Assembly: GCF_902713615.1 (NCBI RefSeq)
Contig: NC_052147.1
Span: forward strand, 209,956,559 to 210,020,558
DNA: 64,000 bases
Origin: Scyliorhinus canicula
Taxonomy: Eukaryota
Direction of reading: 5' to 3'
Numbering within the stretch: the stretch's first letter is position 1; every line of letters begins with the position of its first letter. A model generated the notes under the pieces. The model was not told the origin of the DNA, did no database searches, and worked only from the letters and a program-made list of their open reading frames with translations. The translations under genes were made by a program, and so were the position numbers. Shown one piece after another: positions 59,046-64,000 of this stretch.

Positions 59046-61329
59046 GTTACTAGTTTAAGGAAGAAAATTGCTAGTACCCCATTCCAAATAAGGTGGCTTG
59101 ATGTTTTACTTTATTTCCACTACATAGCATGAATATTCTTTAAATGTAGTGTTCTACTGTAAAACATCTTCATGAAACATAGCATATAATTCTGTGGATA
59201 AACGTTTGTCTTAATCTGCCCACATAGACATTTAAAAGAATAATTATTTGTATTTATAAAGTAGTAATGGAATCTATACTGAATCAATTATTTGAATATA
59301 CTGCAGATACAGTTTCAAAGCAGTATCTGCTTTGAAATTGATGCAAACTAACAGCATCATTAATGCAAACAATTACATCTTACTCAAATTAGAGAAAACC
59401 AAACTTCTGCGCACACACTACTTCAGATGTTCCATGTGTCCAAGAGGTGTCTGAATGCCAGAGAAATTTGCATCCTTTGTTTTTATGACTTCTTGAATTG
59501 TATAAAATTGAACTACTGAAACATGTTTTTTCTTGTTTGATCTTAATTCATTGCAGGTGTCAATGTATCGGTTTAAAATGTAATACTTAATTATCTAGGT
59601 TATTCGATTGTCCACCTGAAACTTTGGAATGAATTAACTTTACATATTTAAAATACATTGCACATTCTAAATCAATATGTACAATATTAAAAGGAATCTA
59701 CTGGAATTTATTTTCATGATCAGCACGGACATTTCTGATCAGAGTTGTTCAGGATTTTTTTAGATACCTAATGATTGGTAACAAGACTATTTTGAGAATT
59801 CATCTCCAGCTGATCTGGGTTTGAACTTTTTTTTTTGCCAACCATTCATGAACAAATATTTAAAATTTTGTGGGGGGGGGACTATTGTAGGCTTTTTATA
59901 TAGTTTACAGTTAGAATTTAAATTTTAACTACTTCATACACAGTATATAATGTACACAATTGACTTTTTATAAAAAATCGTTTAGTTCAGTGCCACAGTA
60001 TCCAACTGTTATAAAAACATTTCACAATTGGGATTTTTTTTTGTGTTGACTTAATTTTGCAAATTGCTTTATTAGGACAATTGAATGATGTGTCACTTTA
60101 GTGTTCAAAAAGTGCCTTTTACATGACAAAAGCATTTCTGATTTTGTAGCTTTTGGTATGTGACAATTTGTCAAGATTGTCACCCTCCATATTTTATGTC
60201 CCTTTTGTCTCTGAAGGCATTTATGAACAGTATGTAATGAATTTACTGCCATTGCCATCAGGGAAGGAAACCCTCGCCTTTTGGACCTCCTTACTCACTT
60301 TGTATTAAGGTTTTTCTCCAAATATTTCTTCTTTTGTCTTGGCCTCCTATGCAGCTCGTTGGGATTGTTTCTAATGCTAAAAATGAGAGCTTCATTGAAT
60401 GTCTCCTGAAACTTGTTGGTGGGCATGGTAAATGGCAGCTTTATGGAAATGTGTCAGAAACAATACCCGTGCTTTTAACCTAACCCACCTGGGGTCTTCA
60501 GTAGACAGTAATATGGGTGAGATGTAAAATGCATCCAACCAAAACATGTGCCATTCCTGCTAACTTGATTCTGTGCACATGCACAGCTAACTCTCCAAGC
60601 TGGCAGTATAGCTTTGCTGGTGCCAACCAGCACAGACCATTTGGGAATGGATGTATGCCATTCATCTCAGTTAGACAAATGACAAGTTTGTTCCATATCC
60701 TTTTGATGCCTTTACTTAGCAAAACTCTAATCAGTCTTGGAAGCTTGAATGATCCCAATATCTGCAATATTTTGAGGGAAATGGTTCCAAATCTTTTCCC
60801 ATCAGGTAGTGTCCTTTGCAAAATTCCAAAGTTGTGATATATTGTTCTTGGGAAGATACTAAATTTTATTAAAAGGCAAAGTAAATGACCTGAGCATCTT
60901 AACTCTTAGTAAAAGCAGGCATTTCTCTCAATTCTTGGGTTACACAAAGGATAGGATTATTTTTCATGTTCTGCATGATGTCATAGCTGCATTTAATTGG
61001 AATTTCTTAAGACAACAAGGTTTAATCCAGGGGAGGGATTCAACCAGGGTGACAGTGGAAGGAAATGTGAAAAGAGTGGTCATTACAAATTTCGGCTGTG
61101 CCGTAAATACCTTTTAGGATTTGGTGGCATTAGGCACTTTTAAGTTGTCTGACCATCTATTCTTTCCACATGTTTCTTCGGAAAAGAACTAAAAATGATA
61201 TCCTTTTATGACGCAAACAAAACCTTTGTATATTTAAATAACTCTGACTAATGTGTTGGTCCCTGGTAAACAAAATAGTGGTTAAGATTAGATAGCCAAA
61301 TTTAGTCAAGAACATATTTTCAAAAGAAA

Positions 61330-61575
61330 GAAAAAACTTGCATTTGTACACCACCTTTCATGACGTCAGTGCTTTACAACCAAGGAAGTGATGTCACTGT
61401 TGCCATGCAGGAAATGCAGTTGTCATTTGTGCACATTAAGCTCCAACAAGCAGCAGTCTGTGATAGTCATTTTTTTCCCTTGTGGTGTTGATTGAGGGAT
61501 AAAAATTGGCCAGGGCACCTGCGATAGCCCTCCTGCTCCATGTAATAGTGCCGTGGGATCTTTTACATCCATTTG
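61330..61575 (-). mobile_element. ancient Deu-domain SINE fragment; further decayed copies at about 61790-62145 and 62885-63040
   Basis: The reverse complement reads GGATGTAAAAGATCCCACGGCACTATT..GGAGCAGGAGGG..GTGCCCTGGCCAATTTTTATCCCTCAATCAAC, which I recognise as the Deu core of SINE3/AmnSINE1/SacSINE1. Confidence 0.6.
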
Positions 61576-64000
61576 GGTGTAATTAAGAAAATGGCATGCT
61601 TATCCCCACATCAAAACCTAATGGAACAAAAATAACTTTCATAAAAACGAAAACGTACATTTTATGGTATGTATGCTTTAGGGTGCATAAATTCAATTTT
61701 TGGGGATTTCCACTTTTTTGATGTACACCATACAATAGTATGGTGAGAACAAATAATGGATTCTCATCAGAAATATCTTGGAACACTTTGCAAGTAAAGT
61801 TTACCTTGAGATGCAGTCATTGCTTTATTAAAAAGGTAGCAACCATTTTGCACAAGATCTATGAGTTAAATGTCTAATCTGTTTTGATGGTTAAAAGAAC
61901 ATTGGCAAAGGTAGCTGCCAGAATTTCCTCTTGTCATCGTCATGGAACATTATCGTTCAATTGAATCACCACATGTAGTTGGGGTTCCAGTTTAATGTCT
62001 CATTAAAAGAAGCATCTCTGGTGTAGTACCGAAGAGATGCTACATTTGGAAATATGCTGGCCCAAAGTATATGTCCAAGTCCTGCTATGGAGCTTCAACT
62101 TCTAAATGTCTGACTCCAAAACAACAGTGTGGTGAACTCAAGCCAGAACCTTGGGAAAGTAGGGCCTAAAAGATCTATTATTAGACTAATCCCCTGGTAC
62201 TGTATTTTGAGATTATTTTCAAATTGTAATTCTACATGCTGTTTTGATAAAGGGTTTCTATTGTCTTCCCTCTCAGCTTGCTGTGTATATTTGTGTTTTG
62301 ATTCCAGTTGCGAGAGGACAAATGGATCTCTTGTGGCACTAGTCACACTTGGTCAAAGGAGATGTTGTTTTTAAAACAGCCTGCTAATCTGTTCTCTGTC
62401 CAGGAGGGTGGGTGGGTGATGGACTGGGTATCCAAGATATGTGTTGCATCTTGAGATCTGTCTCAGGAGGATTTCAGATTTGTTAACTTTGTTGGGTGTG
62501 TTTATAGGGGGGGTATAGAAGGTATCAGGAATCCACTGTGTTGAGAACTATAGTAGAGTGTACTGTTTGTGACTGAAGGAAGTGAATCATGAACCACATT
62601 TATGAAGATTTATTCTACATGTGAAAAGGAACCATCATGACAGCTGAGATGGTTTGCTGAAATGTGAAGGGTTTTTTTTAGATGGAACGTAATTGGAAAG
62701 AATTAATGGACATTTGCAAAGTAATACCTTACCACATTGTCAGGATGTTTCGAAGCATTTCATTACCAATAAATGCATTCACTGTTCCTGTGCTGACAAT
62801 TAGGCAGCGAGGTCCGACAAATAACAGACTGGCTCATTGTTCATTTTCATTTGTTAAAGCGAGCGGAATATTATTTATAATATTGGGCCAGCTCCCTTTT
62901 GTTTTGAGTAGTGGGATCTTGTCCAACTGCATGTCTTATCTGAAAGATGTATTTCCAACAGTGCAAAGTTTCAGATTGTGTCCTGATTTGGGACAACTTC
63001 TGGTTTACAGGTGTGTGCTACCAACTAAGCCAAGCTGCCGTATGAACGATAGCTGCAGAATGTTGGAATATTATTTCCAAACAGCTGGCTAAAAAACTAT
63101 AGGTTTCTAAACTTCATATTATGCACTCTTAACGAATTATAAGGACTATTTTGCAGGGAACACTACAAGTGTGGAGTCTAATTTTCTGTAAAGTAATTGA
63201 AGGCATACAAGAATGATAACTGGAACATTTGTGATGTGAGCTCATAAATGATAGAAGCTCATAATAAACCCTTGGTTGCACAGATGTTTAGAGAAACAAG
63301 TAGATGCAGCTGGCTCTCTTAATCATAATGTGCAAATGAGACGTGCAAAATGAACCATTCCTGATGGATCAACCGGACAGAATTGAAGCAATAAATTCAG
63401 ATTTGAACATTTCTTTGTTTTCCTCAGTTTATATTTATTTTTTTAACCCAGGACTGGGGTTTTTTAAGCCAGCATCTTTTGTGAATGTGATATCCTTTGT
63501 AATTTTATATTTTGTTAAATTATGTTTCTCTGGGTAACCTGCAGAAACATCAGAAAATATCCAATGTTCAAAACAGCTAGTTGCAACTTCGTGATGTGTT
63601 CTGCTTATGCTTTTGCACTGAAGTAGTGTGGTGAGCTAAAATCATGAAAAAGCGCAGAATTAACCTATAATTTTAGGTTTCCTTGAAGAGGGGGGGGGAT
63701 AGGACATCCTACTCCATTTTACTTTTTTGAATGCATCGTAGTGTCCATCATTTCCATATTGTCTGACCACCAAAGAGTATGATAAACTAAGGAGAATGTT
63801 AACTAGCTGAATCACGATTGTGTTGTGCAGGATTTATTCTTAGACAAAACTGACCACTTCTCTAGGTTCATCTAAGTGCCAAGGGAACCCTGGACTACTT
63901 TCTTTATTACTGACCATTACCTTAAAGCTTTCTCTCCTGCCCCATCCACCCTCACCTGTACCAACAGGTGGAAATATCTAATGTCACCTAGAGACCCTCC

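Overview
Eukaryotic genomic DNA from a cartilaginous fish. The dense HE1/V-SINE, CR1, L1/Tx1, Penelope and Harbinger repeats point to a shark, possibly a catshark (inference). The window holds coding exons 2-10 of GORASP2 (GRASP55) on the + strand. These nine exons have GT-AG boundaries, join in frame (1284 nt including the stop, 427 aa) and end at TAA 57577-57579. Exon 1 is not in the window, so the first 27.5 kb is most likely intron 1. The introns are packed with nested transposons: CR1, L1/Tx1, Rex1/Babar, Ty1/copia, Ty3/gypsy, Harbinger, hAT, Penelope and SINEs. The main observations are: (1) two near-identical young CR1 LINEs in inverted orientation bracket the phase-0 exons 2+3 (285 nt, roughly PDZ1), which predicts a back-spliced circRNA with an endless reading frame and an in-frame PDZ1-skipping isoform; (2) both CR1 copies carry the same in-frame TAA inside the endonuclease and a TAATG stop-start ORF1/ORF2 junction; (3) an almost canonical tRNA-Ala(UGC) gene sits inside a decayed hAT transposon, with a SINE placed right at its terminator; (4) intron 2 contains a perfect 88-bp-arm Penelope-type hairpin with a minimal hammerhead-like core. 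Repeat family names come from motif recognition, not database searches. Repeat boundaries are approximate unless a TSD is given.
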